Origin: Thermoanaerobaculaceae bacterium
GTDB taxonomy: Bacteria; Acidobacteriota; Thermoanaerobaculia; Thermoanaerobaculales; Thermoanaerobaculaceae
DNA length: 64,000 nt
Assembly (NCBI GenBank): GCA_041494245.1
Contig: JBGQAK010000014.1
Span: 7,664 to 71,663 of the forward strand
Direction: 5' to 3'
Part shown: positions 26,187-36,662 of the stretch, piece by piece
Layout: every line of letters starts with the position of its first letter
How positions within the stretch are numbered: the first letter of the stretch is position 1
Made by a program: the position numbers and the translations under genes
Notes under the pieces: model-generated
What the model was told of the DNA's origin: nothing
Database searches by the model: none
Seen by the model: only the letters and a program-made list of their open reading frames with translations

Positions 26187-27992
26187 ATGCCGGCGGTTGA
26201 TCGTGCCCGGACCGGTCGTGCGCAGGCCGCAAACGCGCTGGCCCTCCAGGCCGCGGAGCGGATCAGGGACGCCTTCTCCAGCTACACCGACGAGTTCGCC
26301 AGCGTCACGCGCCGGGCCAAGTGGAGGTTCCAGACCAGGGACTGGAAGGGCCGAAACGAGGACGCCCTCGAGCGGCTCGACCTCTACGAGCGTTTTCTCC
26401 GCGAGGCCGCGGGCGCGCTGGAAGCCCTGCTGGGCCCCCGGCTCACCGACCAGGTGCTGTGGGTGTCGATCAAGGACCGCTTCTCGGGAGTGACCGCCGG
26501 CCGGCACGACGCCGAGCTCGCAGAGACGTTCTTTAACTCCATCACGCGGACTGTCTTCAGGACGGTGGGGATCAACCGGCGCATCGAGTTCTTCCGGTGG
26601 CGTCCGCGCCCCGCGGGGGCGGCTTCGGGGGAACCTACCTACCGCGCCTACCCCGGGGCACGCGAGACGCGGCTGGTGATCCGCAACATCCTGCAGGACT
26701 TCAAGTTCACGGTGCCGTACGAGGACCGCGACCGTGACGCGGACCTCGTGGCCGGCGAGATCGACCTCTACCTGTGGCCGATCCTCGGGCACTCGCGTGA
26801 CTACCGGATCGAGGTGATCCGGTCTGCGTTCTTCCGCAACAAGGTCGCGTACCTCGTGGGCCGCATCATCGCCGGCGCACAGGTGATCCCTCTGGTGCTG
26901 CCGCTCTACAACGGCGGCGGCGGCGTCTACGTGGACACCGTGCTCCTCACCGAGGGGGAGGTCTCCAAGGTCTTCAGCTTCGCGTTCTCCTACTTTCACG
27001 TCCTGGTGGAGAGGCACGACCTGCTGATCGAGTTCCTGCGGGTGATCCTTCCCGAGAAGCCCACGGCCGAGCTGTACATCTCCCTCGGCTACCCCAGGCA
27101 CGGCAAGACCGAGTTCTACCGCGACCTCCACCGGTTCGTCCACAGGTCGAAGGAGCGCTTCGTGGTCGCGCCCGGGAAGGAGGGCGCGGTGATGACGGTC
27201 TTCACGCTCCCCGACTACGAGTACGTCTTCAAGGTCATCAAGGACAGGCCGTGCTTCCTGCGCTCCGGTGCGGTGACCGACAAGACGAGCAGCAGGCGGG
27301 ACGTGATGGACCAGTACGCCTTCGTGTGCCGGCGTGACCGTGCGGGGCGCCTAGTGGACACCCAGGAGTTCGAAAACCTCCGCTTCAGGCGGAGCCGATT
27401 CGGGGAGGAGCTGCTCGAGGAGCTCCGGCTCGCGGCTCGGGAGGCCGTGAGCGTAGACGAGGAGTACGTGGTCGTCCGCCACTCCTACGTGCAGCGGAAG
27501 GTGGTCCCCCTGCCGATGTTCCTGGCGGAGGAGCGGGACGCGGAGACGATCCGGCGCACAATCATGGACTTCGGCTACTTCCTCAAGGACCTCGCCGCCA
27601 CCGGCATCTTCCCCAGCGACCTCTTCAACACCTGGAACTACGGGGTGACGAGGCGCGGGCGCGTCGTGCTCTTCGACTACGACGACGTGATCCCGATCGA
27701 GCAGGCCACCTTTAGGACGAAACCGAGGACGCTCGATGAAGCCGAGGAGATGGTGCCGGAGGAGGAGTGGATCGTCGCGACCTCCTCCGACTTTTTCATG
27801 GAGGAGATGCAGAGCTACTCGGGAGTGCCGGAGCGCCTCAAGGGGGTCTTCGAGCTGGTGCACGGAGACCTCTTCACGGTGGAGTTCTGGCGGCACGTCA
27901 AGGAGGATGTGAGCGCCGGGGGGCTGGTGGACATCACGCCTTACGACCGCTCCAAGAAGTTCCTCCAGCAGCACGGCGGCCCTCCGTGGTGA
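26187..27992 (+). CDS. aceK: isocitrate dehydrogenase kinase/phosphatase
   Basis: Collinear with remembered E. coli AceK: AELAETFFNSITRTVF, TAELYISLGYPRHGKTEFYRDL, VFTLPDYEYVFKVIKDR, DTQEFENLRF, GVTRRGRVVLFDYDD. Confidence 0.9.
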   Translation: MPAVDRARTGRAQAANALALQAAERIRDAFSSYTDEFASVTRRAKWRFQTRDWKGRNEDALERLDLYERFLREAAGALEALLGPRLTDQVLWVSIKDRFSGVTAGRHDAELAETFFNSITRTVFRTVGINRRIEFFRWRPRPAGAASGEPTYRAYPGARETRLVIRNILQDFKFTVPYEDRDRDADLVAGEIDLYLWPILGHSRDYRIEVIRSAFFRNKVAYLVGRIIAGAQVIPLVLPLYNGGGGVYVDTVLLTEGEVSKVFSFAFSYFHVLVERHDLLIEFLRVILPEKPTAELYISLGYPRHGKTEFYRDLHRFVHRSKERFVVAPGKEGAVMTVFTLPDYEYVFKVIKDRPCFLRSGAVTDKTSSRRDVMDQYAFVCRRDRAGRLVDTQEFENLRFRRSRFGEELLEELRLAAREAVSVDEEYVVVRHSYVQRKVVPLPMFLAEERDAETIRRTIMDFGYFLKDLAATGIFPSDLFNTWNYGVTRRGRVVLFDYDDVIPIEQATFRTKPRTLDEAEEMVPEEEWIVATSSDFFMEEMQSYSGVPERLKGVFELVHGDLFTVEFWRHVKEDVSAGGLVDITPYDRSKKFLQQHGGPPW

Positions 27993-28060
27993 GAAGGGGC
28001 GGCATGGCGCGCAAGCGCGACCGCGCGGGCTAGCTCGTCGTCGCGATACACTCTCCGGCC

Positions 28061-28873
28061 GTGGAGTGGCGGCTCATCCTGGACGGCCCGGGCCCGGGCG
28101 CCTGGAACATGGCGGTGGACGAGGCGCTGGTGGAGTCCGTCGACGCCGGCCGTGTGGCGCCCGTGCTGCGCCTCTACCGCTGGCGACCCCCGTGCCTCTC
28201 CCTCGGCTTCGCGCAGCCCTTCGAGGCGGCCGACGCGGCGTTCTGCGCCGCGCACGGCGTGGACGTGGTGCGCAGGCCGACCGGCGGGCGCGCGGTCCTC
28301 CACCACCTTGAGCTGACGTACGCGGTGCTCGCCCCGCTCGGGCGGGGCCCGTTCACGCAGGATCTGCAGGCGGCGTACAAGGCGATCTGCCGCGCACTGG
28401 TGGCCGGCCTGCGCACGCTCGGGGTACCCGCGGAGCTCTCCGGGGAGCCGGAGGGCGGGCACATCCGGCCCACCGAGGTCATCCCCTGCTTCATCGGACC
28501 CGCGGCCGGCGAAATAGTCTCCCAGGGGCGCAAGCTCGTGGGCTCCGCCATGCGGCGCACCGGCGGCTCGATCCTGCAGCACGGCTCGATCCTGGAAGGT
28601 TGGGACGGCGTGCTGCAGGCGGGGTGTCTGGGCCTCCCCGACGACGCCTCGCTCCGGCACGCGGTGATCACGCTCTCCGACGTGCTGGGCACCGCGCGCC
28701 CCGTGCCGGAGGTGCTGGCACAGGCGATCGTAAATGGTTTCGCGAAGACGTTCGGCGTGAGTTTCGTCCCCTCGGAGCTCGCGCCCGAGGAGCAGGCACA
28801 GGCGGAGCTGCTGGCGCGCGAGCGGTACGGGCACGAGCGCTGGACCGTCCGCCGCGGGCAGACCCCCGCCTGA
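28061..28873 (+). CDS. lipoate-protein ligase / octanoyltransferase family protein (LplA/LipM-like BPL_LplA_LipB domain)
   Basis: LRLYRWRPPCLSLGFAQ, RRPTGGRAVLH, GRKLVGSAMRR (catalytic Lys region). GTG start. Confidence 0.8.
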   Translation: MEWRLILDGPGPGAWNMAVDEALVESVDAGRVAPVLRLYRWRPPCLSLGFAQPFEAADAAFCAAHGVDVVRRPTGGRAVLHHLELTYAVLAPLGRGPFTQDLQAAYKAICRALVAGLRTLGVPAELSGEPEGGHIRPTEVIPCFIGPAAGEIVSQGRKLVGSAMRRTGGSILQHGSILEGWDGVLQAGCLGLPDDASLRHAVITLSDVLGTARPVPEVLAQAIVNGFAKTFGVSFVPSELAPEEQAQAELLARERYGHERWTVRRGQTPA

Positions 28874-28899
28874 GCGACGGCGAGCCGGCCACCGCAGGT

Positions 28900-29873
28900 C
28901 TAGCAGAGGGCGGAGCGCAGGGCCGCGAGCAGCCCGGCGAGGTCGGCCGGGAGCGGGGCCTCGAACGTCATCGGCGTTCCGGTTACGGGGTGGGTGATGG
29001 TCAGCTTCCAGGCGTGGAGCGCCTGGCGCGGGAACGACCGGCAGCGCTCGGCGACTGACGCGTCCTCGATGGTCCGCCACTGCCGGCCCGCGTACACGGG
29101 GTCACCCACCAGGGCGTGGCCGACGTGGGCCAGGTGGACGCGCACCTGGTGCGTGCGGCCGGTCACCAGCCGGCACTCCACCAGAGCGCACCCCGGGAAG
29201 CGCTCCCGGACCCAGTACAGGGTGCGCGCCGGCCTCCCGTCCGGGACCACGGCCATGCGCTTGCGCTCGGTCTGGTGGCGGGCGATCGGGGCGTCCACCA
29301 CGCCCTCGTCGGCCCTGGGCTCGCCGTACACCACCGCCAGGTAGCGCTTGTCGGTGGTCCGCCACCGGAAGGAGAGGGAGAGGGCGCGGTGGGCGGCGTC
29401 ACTCTTGGCGGCGACCAGCACCCCCGAGGTGTCCTTGTCGAGGCGGTGCACGATCCCCGGGCGCTCCACGCCGCCCACGCCCGAGAGGTCGGTGCAGTGG
29501 GCCAAAAGCGCGTTGACCAGGGTGCCGTCGGGGTTCCCGGCGGCGGGATGGACGACGAGCCCGGGCGGCTTGTTAATGACGATCATGTGCTCGTCCTCGA
29601 ACAGCACGTCGAGGGGGATCTCCTGCGGGAGCAGCTCGGAGGGGACGACTGGCGGCGGGAGGACCTCGATCGTGTCGCCGGTCTGCAGGAACTGGGCGGG
29701 CTTGGAGGGCGCTCCGTTGCGCAGGACGTTCCCGTGGGCGATCCAGCGCGCTACCTGCGAGCGCGACCATCCGTGCCCGGAGCCGGCGAGGAAGCGGTCC
29801 AGCCGCAGCCCGGCCGCATCCGCCGGCACCACCATCGTGATCGGCTCCTGCTCCTCGTTCATCTCGGCGTGCT
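28900..29873 (-). CDS. rluD: 23S rRNA pseudouridine synthase, RluD family
   Basis: ORF 28900..30552 trimmed to MNEEQEPITMVVP (ATG 29873). S4 domain followed by HRLDKDTSGVLV catalytic motif. Confidence 0.9.
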
Positions 29874-29894
29874 GCGTCCGGCCTGCGCCATGGC

Positions 29895-30713
29895 TCAGCT
29901 CCGGGCCTCGGTCTTTCCGGACCCCGGACCTCGGACCCCGGAGCCCTGTCTCTTCCGCGCCCACACCAGGATGCCGATGCCGACCGGCACCATGAGCGCG
30001 GCGATTGCCTGGCTCGTGGAGAGCGCCCCGCCCAGCACGAAGCCACGGTCGGGGTCGCCGCGGAACAACTCGATCACGAAGCGCGCGGCCCCGTAGGTGA
30101 TCAGGTAGGTGCCCAGCACCGATCCCGCCGGCGGCCGGCGGCGAAAGAGCCACGCCAGGAACGCGTAGTTCGCCAAGTTGAACGCCGCCTCGTAGAGCTG
30201 CGTCGGGTAGAGCGGCACGCCGAGCGGGGTGCCGGAGATCTCGGCCGCCAGCGGGTGGGTGAAGACCACGCCCCACGACGCGCTGCAGCTGCGCCCGTAG
30301 CAACAACCGGCCGAGAAGCACCCCAGGCGCCCGAAGAAGTGCCCGAGGGCTACGGACGGCGCGAGCACGTCGGCCACCAGGAAGAACGGGAGCTTGAAGC
30401 GACGCAGCAGCACGGCCGTGGCCACGAGGGCGCCGATGAGGCCGCCGTAGAATACCCCGCCGGCGCGCAGAAGCCCCCACACCCCGGCGAGCGAGGTCAG
30501 GTACGAGGGGTCGGTGATCACGAGCAGGATCTTGGCGCCCGCCAGGCCGCACAGCACGACCCAGGCCCCCAGGTCCATCACGTGGGTGTTCGAGAGCCCC
30601 ACCAGGCGCGCGCGCCGGCTGGCCAGGAAGATGGCCAGGACGATCCCCGAGTAGAGCAGCACGCCGTAGGTGGGGATCCGCAGGAACCCTAGGTCAATCA
30701 AGACCGGGTGCAC
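29895..30713 (-). CDS. lgt: prolipoprotein diacylglyceryl transferase
   Basis: [36 protein letters not shown]. The Gly/Ser-rich C-terminal tail is encoded by heptamer-like repeats. Confidence 0.9.
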   Translation of the reverse strand: MHPVLIDLGFLRIPTYGVLLYSGIVLAIFLASRRARLVGLSNTHVMDLGAWVVLCGLAGAKILLVITDPSYLTSLAGVWGLLRAGGVFYGGLIGALVATAVLLRRFKLPFFLVADVLAPSVALGHFFGRLGCFSAGCCYGRSCSASWGVVFTHPLAAEISGTPLGVPLYPTQLYEAAFNLANYAFLAWLFRRRPPAGSVLGTYLITYGAARFVIELFRGDPDRGFVLGGALSTSQAIAALMVPVGIGILVWARKRQGSGVRGPGSGKTEARS

Positions 30714-31197
30714 GCTTCTCCTTCAATTGAGACATAATCTCAGCAATGATCACGCAGCAGGCGCCGACCGTGATCGCGGAGTCGGCGAGGTTGAACGCCG
30801 GCCAGTGGCGCTCGTGGCCGCCGGTGACCAGGTAGAAGTCCAGGAAATCGACGACCTCGCCCCTCACTAGGCGGTCGATGATGTTGCCGATCGCCCCTCC
30901 CAGGACGAAGGCGAGCCCGACGGCCGCCAGACCGTCACCCCCGGCGCGGCCGAGCTGCCACGCAACGAACGCCACGATCCCAGCGACCACGACCAGCAGC
31001 GCGAGCTGGACGGAGGGGCCCGACGCGCCCAGGATCCCGAAGGCGACCCCGCGGTTGCGCGCGTGAACCAGCCGGAACAGCCCGGGGACGATCTCCAGCT
31101 CGGTCCCGAGCGGGTAGGTCGCGACGATCCACGCCTTGGTGAGCTGGTCCGCGACCACGAGCGCCGCGGCGAGCCAGAGCGCCCTGCGGAGCCTCAT
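30694..31197 (-). CDS. lspA: lipoprotein signal peptidase II
   Basis: ORF 30694..31404 trimmed to [24 protein letters not shown] 31197 overlaps the ileS stop (ATGA). NRGVAFG and FNLADSAI motifs. Confidence 0.9.
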   Translation of the reverse strand: MRLRRALWLAAALVVADQLTKAWIVATYPLGTELEIVPGLFRLVHARNRGVAFGILGASGPSVQLALLVVVAGIVAFVAWQLGRAGGDGLAAVGLAFVLGGAIGNIIDRLVRGEVVDFLDFYLVTGGHERHWPAFNLADSAITVGACCVIIAEIMSQLKEKRAPGLD

Positions 31198-34070
31198 CGC
31201 TGTGGCCGCTCCCCGAGCTCGAGCACGACCCCCAGGCAGCGGGCGCACAGGTCGGGGTGCTGCGGGTGCCCCGCGGGCGCTGGCCACACCTGCCAGCAGC
31301 GCGGGCACGGTGTGCCCTCCGCGCGGCGCACGCCGACCGAAAGGCCGGGGTACGCAACCGACGCTGAGGTGCCTGTACCTGCGCTCACCTGCGAGACGAT
31401 GCACAGCTCTTCCAGGGTGGCGCGCCCTGCCGCGAGGTCGGCGTCCAGCGCGCCGCGGTCGCCGCCCAGCAGCAGGACGGCCTCGAGCGACTTGCCGAAC
31501 TCGCCCGCCTGGCGGTGGATCTCGAGCTCCTTGTTGACCTCGTCGCGCAAGGCGAGTAGCCGGGCAAAGCGGGCGTCCGCCTCCGGGTCGTCGGCCAGGT
31601 CATCGAGCGCCTCGAAGGTCGCCAGGTGCACCGAACCGGCAGACGCGCCGGGCAGGTGCTCCCAGACCTCGTCGGAGGTGAACGCCAGCACCGGCGCCAT
31701 GGTCGTCGCGAGCATGCGCGCCAGGCGGTAGAGCACGGTCTGGGCGGAGCGCCGCCGCGGCGAGGCGGGGTGCGAGCAGTAGAGGCGGTCCTTCAGCAAG
31801 TCGAGGTAGACCGCGGAGAGGTCCACGGCGCAGAAGTTGTTGAGGGCGTGGTAGACGACGTGGAACTCGTAGTCCCGGTAGGCCACCTCGATCCGCTTCG
31901 CGAGTGCCTTGCCGCGGCGCAGGAAGCAGGCGTCCACGGGCTCGAGGTCGGCCAGGGGAACGGCGTCGCTGCCGGGGTCGAAGTCGCCCAGGTTGGAGAG
32001 CAGAAAGCGCAGGGTGTTGCGGATCTTGCGGTACGATTCCGCCGTGCGGGTCAGGGTCTCCTTGGAGACCGGCATGTCCTCGCGGGAGTCCACCGACGCG
32101 GCCCAGAGGCGCACGACATCGGCCCCGTACTCCTTGATCAGGTTCTGGGGCGCGATCACGTTGCCGAGGGACTTGGACATCTTCCTGCCGGAAGCGTCGA
32201 GCACGTGGCCGTGTACCAGCACCGCACGGTAGGGCGCCGCGCCGTGGGTCACCACGCCCACGAGCAGCGAGGACTGGAACCACCCGCGGTACTGGTCGTG
32301 CGCCTCGAGGTAGAGGTCCGCGGGCCAGCTCAGGCCCGGGAAGCGGCCGTTGTCGCAGACCGCCAGGTGCGAGGCCCCCGAGTCGAACCACACGTCCAGG
32401 ATGTCGCGCTCCAGCTCCCACGCGGTCCCACCGCACCTCGGACAGCTGAGGCCGGCTGGGGCGAAGTCGGTCACGGGCCGCGAATACCAAGCGTCGGCGC
32501 CCTCTTTGGCGAAGAGTTCCTCGACGCGGGCAAAGAACGCCCGCACGACGGCCGGGTCCGAGCCGTCTGGCCAGATCCGGCCGCAGGAAGGGTTGGTGCA
32601 CTTGAGCACTGTGATCGGCGAACCCCAGCGGCGCTGCCGCGAGACGCACCACTCGAAGCGGTTCTCCACCATCCCGGCGATGCGCGCCTCGCCCCAGGGC
32701 GGTATCCACTGGACCCTGGCGATCTCGGCCAGGGAGCGGGCCCGCAGGTCCAGGCGGGCGTGCGGCGCCGCGTCCTGGGTGAGGGCGATGAAGTACTGTT
32801 CGGTGGCGCGGAAGATCACCGGTTTCTTGCACCGCCAGCAGTGCGGGTAGTCGTGCTCCCCCTCGCCGCTCGCGAGCAGCGCACCGACGCGGGCGAGCTC
32901 GGCGGTGACGCGCGGGTTGGCGTCGAAGACGTGGACGCCGGCAAGCGCCTCCACCTCGTCGGTGTAGCGGCCGCCGTCGTCCAACGGCGAGACGATCGGG
33001 ATCCCCTCGGTCTTGCCGGTGCGGAAGTCGTCCTCGCCGTGGCCCGGCGCGGTGTGCACGAGCCCGGTCCCGGTGTCGAGCGTGACGTAGTCGGCCGCGA
33101 CCACTCGATAGACGTCGGAACCCTCCGGCACCCTGGCCACCCAGGCAGGCTCGAGGGGGTGGCGGTAGCGCTGGCCCACGAGCGCGGCGCCCTTGGCACG
33201 CCCGAGCTCCCTGCCCTCCAGGTCGGCCGCCGCGAGCACCGCGTGGGCGAGCGCCGCGGCCGCCACCAGGGCCCCCTTCGGCGTCTCGAGCAGCACGTAC
33301 TCGGCGTCGGGGTGGACCGCGATGGCCAGGTTGGACGGGATCGTCCACGGCGTCGTGGTCCAGATCGCGAACGAGGCCGGGCCGTCCGGCGGTGCGCCGA
33401 AGAGGGCGCGCAGTGCCGCGGGATCGGCCGCCGGGAACGCCACCCAGATCTCGGGGTCCTTGCGGACGCCGTACTCCAACTCCGCCTCGGCGAGGGCGGT
33501 GCGGTCGTGCCAGCACCAGCGGATCGACTTGCGCTCGCGGTAGAGGAGCCCCTGCTCGATGACCTTGCCGAGCGCTGCGGCGATGTCGGCCTCGTAGCGC
33601 GGCGACATCGTCAGGTACGGAGCGTCCCACGTGCCGAACCCGCCCAGCCTGCGGAACTCCTCGCGCTGGACCTCGACGAACTTCTGCGCGTACGCCCGGC
33701 AGGCGGCCCTCACCTCCAGGTCCGACATCGCGAGCTTCTTCGGACCCAGCTCGCGGTCCACCTTCTGCTCGATCGGCAGGCCGTGACAGTCCCAGCCCGG
33801 CACGTACGGTGCGTCCAGCCCCATCATGGTGCGGGTGCGCACCACGAAGTCCTTGAGGATCTTGTTGAACGCGGTCCCGAGGTGGATGTGCTCGTTCGCG
33901 TACGGCGGCCCGTCGTGGAGGACGAAGCGCGGCGCGCCCGTGCGCGCGGCGCGGATCTGACCGTAGAGCCCCTGCTCCTCCCAGCGGGCGAGCCTCTCAG
34001 GCTCGCGGCGCGCGGCGTCCGCGCGCATCGGAAACCCGGTCGTCGGAAGGTTCAGCGTGTCCTTGTACAT
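31194..34070 (-). CDS. ileS: isoleucyl-tRNA synthetase
   Basis: 958 aa; HIGH-type HLGT, KMSKS, C-terminal zinc-knuckle CPRCW...CARC. Confidence 0.95.
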   Translation of the reverse strand: MYKDTLNLPTTGFPMRADAARREPERLARWEEQGLYGQIRAARTGAPRFVLHDGPPYANEHIHLGTAFNKILKDFVVRTRTMMGLDAPYVPGWDCHGLPIEQKVDRELGPKKLAMSDLEVRAACRAYAQKFVEVQREEFRRLGGFGTWDAPYLTMSPRYEADIAAALGKVIEQGLLYRERKSIRWCWHDRTALAEAELEYGVRKDPEIWVAFPAADPAALRALFGAPPDGPASFAIWTTTPWTIPSNLAIAVHPDAEYVLLETPKGALVAAAALAHAVLAAADLEGRELGRAKGAALVGQRYRHPLEPAWVARVPEGSDVYRVVAADYVTLDTGTGLVHTAPGHGEDDFRTGKTEGIPIVSPLDDGGRYTDEVEALAGVHVFDANPRVTAELARVGALLASGEGEHDYPHCWRCKKPVIFRATEQYFIALTQDAAPHARLDLRARSLAEIARVQWIPPWGEARIAGMVENRFEWCVSRQRRWGSPITVLKCTNPSCGRIWPDGSDPAVVRAFFARVEELFAKEGADAWYSRPVTDFAPAGLSCPRCGGTAWELERDILDVWFDSGASHLAVCDNGRFPGLSWPADLYLEAHDQYRGWFQSSLLVGVVTHGAAPYRAVLVHGHVLDASGRKMSKSLGNVIAPQNLIKEYGADVVRLWAASVDSREDMPVSKETLTRTAESYRKIRNTLRFLLSNLGDFDPGSDAVPLADLEPVDACFLRRGKALAKRIEVAYRDYEFHVVYHALNNFCAVDLSAVYLDLLKDRLYCSHPASPRRRSAQTVLYRLARMLATTMAPVLAFTSDEVWEHLPGASAGSVHLATFEALDDLADDPEADARFARLLALRDEVNKELEIHRQAGEFGKSLEAVLLLGGDRGALDADLAAGRATLEELCIVSQVSAGTGTSASVAYPGLSVGVRRAEGTPCPRCWQVWPAPAGHPQHPDLCARCLGVVLELGERPQR

Positions 34071-34145
34071 GCCTCATCCCCGGTGCCCGCGCCGCGCCGG
34101 AGCGCGACGCGAAACACCCTACCCTACGCAGCGCCACCCGCCGCG

Positions 34146-34517
34146 TCAAGCTGGCACGAGGCGCTCGACCTCCTCCAGCACCTGCTGGAGGGAGAACGGC
34201 TTGGTGACGTACGCCGCGGCGCCCAGCTCACGCCCGCGCCGTTGCTCGGCGGGGAGGGAGTGGGCGGTGAGGAAGACCACTGGCGTCCGGACGTGGTGCG
34301 GGTCCTCGCGCAGCATCTTGGCGAACTCGAAGCCGTCTGTCCCGGTAGGGAGCGAAACGTCCAGGATCACGCACTGCACGGGTGTGCCCTCCAGGATGAC
34401 CATCGCCTCCTCGGCGCTGGCCGCCTCCAGGGCGACGTACCCCGCACGCCGCAGCTTGAACGCCAGGATGCGCAGGATGTACGGCTCGTCGTCCACGATC
34501 AGCACGCGGGCCGTCAT
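34146..34517 (-). CDS. single-domain CheY-like response regulator
   Basis: MTARVLIVDDEPY...ILDVSLP...YVTKPF receiver motifs; 123 aa. Confidence 0.88.
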   Translation of the reverse strand: MTARVLIVDDEPYILRILAFKLRRAGYVALEAASAEEAMVILEGTPVQCVILDVSLPTGTDGFEFAKMLREDPHHVRTPVVFLTAHSLPAEQRRGRELGAAAYVTKPFSLQQVLEEVERLVPA

Positions 34518-34539
34518 GCGGCAAGTATAGAAGCAGGAC

Positions 34540-34905
34540 TCAGCTCTCCAGGATCACCACGGCGACGGCGACGCCTCCGTCGTGCGTGATGGACAGGTGG
34601 GCGGTGCGGACGGCGAGCGCCTGGGCGCGGAGCGCGGCGGCGCCCGAGAGCACCAGCCGGGGTGCCCCCATGCCGTTGCGCTCGACCCTGGGGTCGCGCC
34701 AGCCGACGCCGTCGCCCCAGCCGCACCCGAGCGCCTTGAACGCCGCCTCTTTGGCGGCGAGCAGCCCCGCCAGGTGCTGGGGGTCCTGCGGGCGCACCGC
34801 CTCGCCCGGGGCGAAGCAGCGCTCGAGCAGGCGGTCGCCGTGCCTGGCCAGCATGCCGGCGACCCGCTCCATGTCCACGAGGTCCACGCCCAGGCCGACA
34901 ATCAC
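34540..34905 (-). CDS. acpS: holo-[acyl-carrier-protein] synthase
   Basis: VIVGLGVDLVDMERV...AAKEAAFKALG...SITHDGGVAVAVVILE. GTG start at 34905, overlapping the upstream ORF stop by 4 nt. Confidence 0.85.
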   Translation of the reverse strand: MIVGLGVDLVDMERVAGMLARHGDRLLERCFAPGEAVRPQDPQHLAGLLAAKEAAFKALGCGWGDGVGWRDPRVERNGMGAPRLVLSGAAALRAQALAVRTAHLSITHDGGVAVAVVILES

Positions 34906-35150
34906 TCGTGCCTCACCGCCGCGTCGAGCCACGCCCACGCCACCGCGAAGTGGACCACGCCGAAGCCCGAGAGCGCCCCGCGCATGGCGCCGCTTTCGAG
35001 CCAGGGCAGCAGCCACAGCGGGGCGGTGCTGACGACCCTGGCCGTCCAGAAGCGGCTCCACGGCGCCAGCACGAAGAACCACCCCGCGGCGGTCAGGTAC
35101 ACGACGATGGCCAGGATCAGACCTGCCCGCAATGGCTTGCGGCTCGGCAC
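34902..35150 (-). CDS. small hypothetical membrane protein (82 aa, 2-3 TM helices)
   Basis: Hydrophobic Trp-rich sequence LILAIVVYLTAAGWFFVLAPW. Sits between the ligase and acpS with a GTGA overlap. No family recognised. Confidence 0.5.
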   Translation of the reverse strand: MPSRKPLRAGLILAIVVYLTAAGWFFVLAPWSRFWTARVVSTAPLWLLPWLESGAMRGALSGFGVVHFAVAWAWLDAAVRHE

Positions 35151-35171
35151 GGGCGGATTGTACGCGAACGG

Positions 35172-36662
35172 CTAGCGGACGTGCTGCGCTTGGCCCGAGC
35201 CCTCGAGCAGCTTCATCACCACGTCCTTACGGAGCTTGCCGCGCTCGGAGGTCGGCAGCTCGTCCACGATGACGATGCGGCGGGGTACCTTGTGCGGTGC
35301 CAGGCGCGTGCGGCAGGCGGCCAGCACCGCATGCACGGTCAGGTGCATGCCGGGCTCCACCGCCACGAGGGCGGCCACCAGCTGGCCCCGGTGCGGGTCC
35401 GCGAGCCCCGCCACCACGGCGCTGTGGACGCCAGGCAGCGCCTCGAGCACCCGCCGCACCTCCTCGGGGTGGACCTTCTTCCCGGCGACGTTGAGGAACT
35501 CCGCCACCCGGCCGGTGAGGGTGAGCCGGCCCCCCTCGTCGAACACGCCGAGGTCACCCGAGAGGAAGCGGCCCGGGGCGAGCCTGCCCTCCTCCGCGGG
35601 ACCGGGCACCACCCCGAGGGCCACCGAGCGCGAGGAGACCAGCACGCGCCCCTCGACGCCGGCCGGCACGGGCTTCCCCTCGTCGTCCACCACGGTGACC
35701 GCGACGCGGTCCATCTGGGTGCCCACCGAGCCCTCCGAGTGCACGGGATCGGAAGAGCGGTCGTAGGTGATCCCGCCGCATTCGGAGCACCCGTAGAAGA
35801 CGTGCACCTTGTGTCCGGTGGCCGCGTGGAAGGCGCCGGCGTCCCGGGGGGCGAGCGGAGCACCGGCCGTCAGGCACACCCGCAGGTCGGGCAGCCGGGG
35901 CAGACCCGGGAGGGTGGCGAGCGTCCTGACCATCGCGGGCACCGCCGGGAAGTGCGCCACGCCCGCCCTGGCCAGGGTGTGGGCAATGGCCGCCGGCAGC
36001 GCACACGTCGGGAACGCCAGCGGCGTGCCGGTGAGCAGGAGGGGGATCAGGCACGAACCGATCCCGTACGAGTGCGTGAGCGGGATCGCCGCTAGCGTCA
36101 CGTCGCCGGGACGGATGCCCATCGTGTTCATGATCTGAATGGTGTCGGCGGCGAGCTGGCGGGTGCCCATGGCGACGGCGCGCGGCAGCCCGGTGGAGCC
36201 GGAGGTGAGCTTGAGCACCGCGGCGGCCTCCGGCATGGCGACCGGCTCCGGCTTCCGACGGGCGTCCACAACGACAGGCCCGCGCTCCAGGACGATCTGC
36301 CGCCTGCCGATCCTCTCGCGGGTGGCCACCAGGTACGCCGCACCGACCGCGGCCGCGGCACGCTCCAGCTCATCTGCTGGCGCCGACGCGTCCACCAGCG
36401 CCACCCGGGTGGGAAGCAGTCGGAGCGCGGCGAAGACGCGCACCAGATCGGGACCGTTGGGGAGTGAGAGCACGACCGCGGAGCCGGGTACGAGCAGGGG
36501 CGCGAGGCACCCCCGCTCCTCGAGGATGGAGGCGGCCAGGGCGGCACGGGTAGCGATGATCTCGCCGTCCGGCCCGATGAGCGCCGGGAGCTCGCCGCCC
36601 CCCGCGGCCAGCGCCAGGAAGCGGCGGACGATCGGGCAGGGGGTGTCAGCCATTCCCGCCAC
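35172..36662 (-). CDS. AMP-dependent synthetase/ligase (ANL superfamily, acyl-CoA/acyl-ACP ligase-like)
   Basis: AMP-binding motif LKLTSGSTGLPRAV, YGCSECG, C-terminal ...ERGKLRKDV. Confidence 0.85.
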   Translation of the reverse strand: MAGMADTPCPIVRRFLALAAGGGELPALIGPDGEIIATRAALAASILEERGCLAPLLVPGSAVVLSLPNGPDLVRVFAALRLLPTRVALVDASAPADELERAAAAVGAAYLVATRERIGRRQIVLERGPVVVDARRKPEPVAMPEAAAVLKLTSGSTGLPRAVAMGTRQLAADTIQIMNTMGIRPGDVTLAAIPLTHSYGIGSCLIPLLLTGTPLAFPTCALPAAIAHTLARAGVAHFPAVPAMVRTLATLPGLPRLPDLRVCLTAGAPLAPRDAGAFHAATGHKVHVFYGCSECGGITYDRSSDPVHSEGSVGTQMDRVAVTVVDDEGKPVPAGVEGRVLVSSRSVALGVVPGPAEEGRLAPGRFLSGDLGVFDEGGRLTLTGRVAEFLNVAGKKVHPEEVRRVLEALPGVHSAVVAGLADPHRGQLVAALVAVEPGMHLTVHAVLAACRTRLAPHKVPRRIVIVDELPTSERGKLRKDVVMKLLEGSGQAQHVR

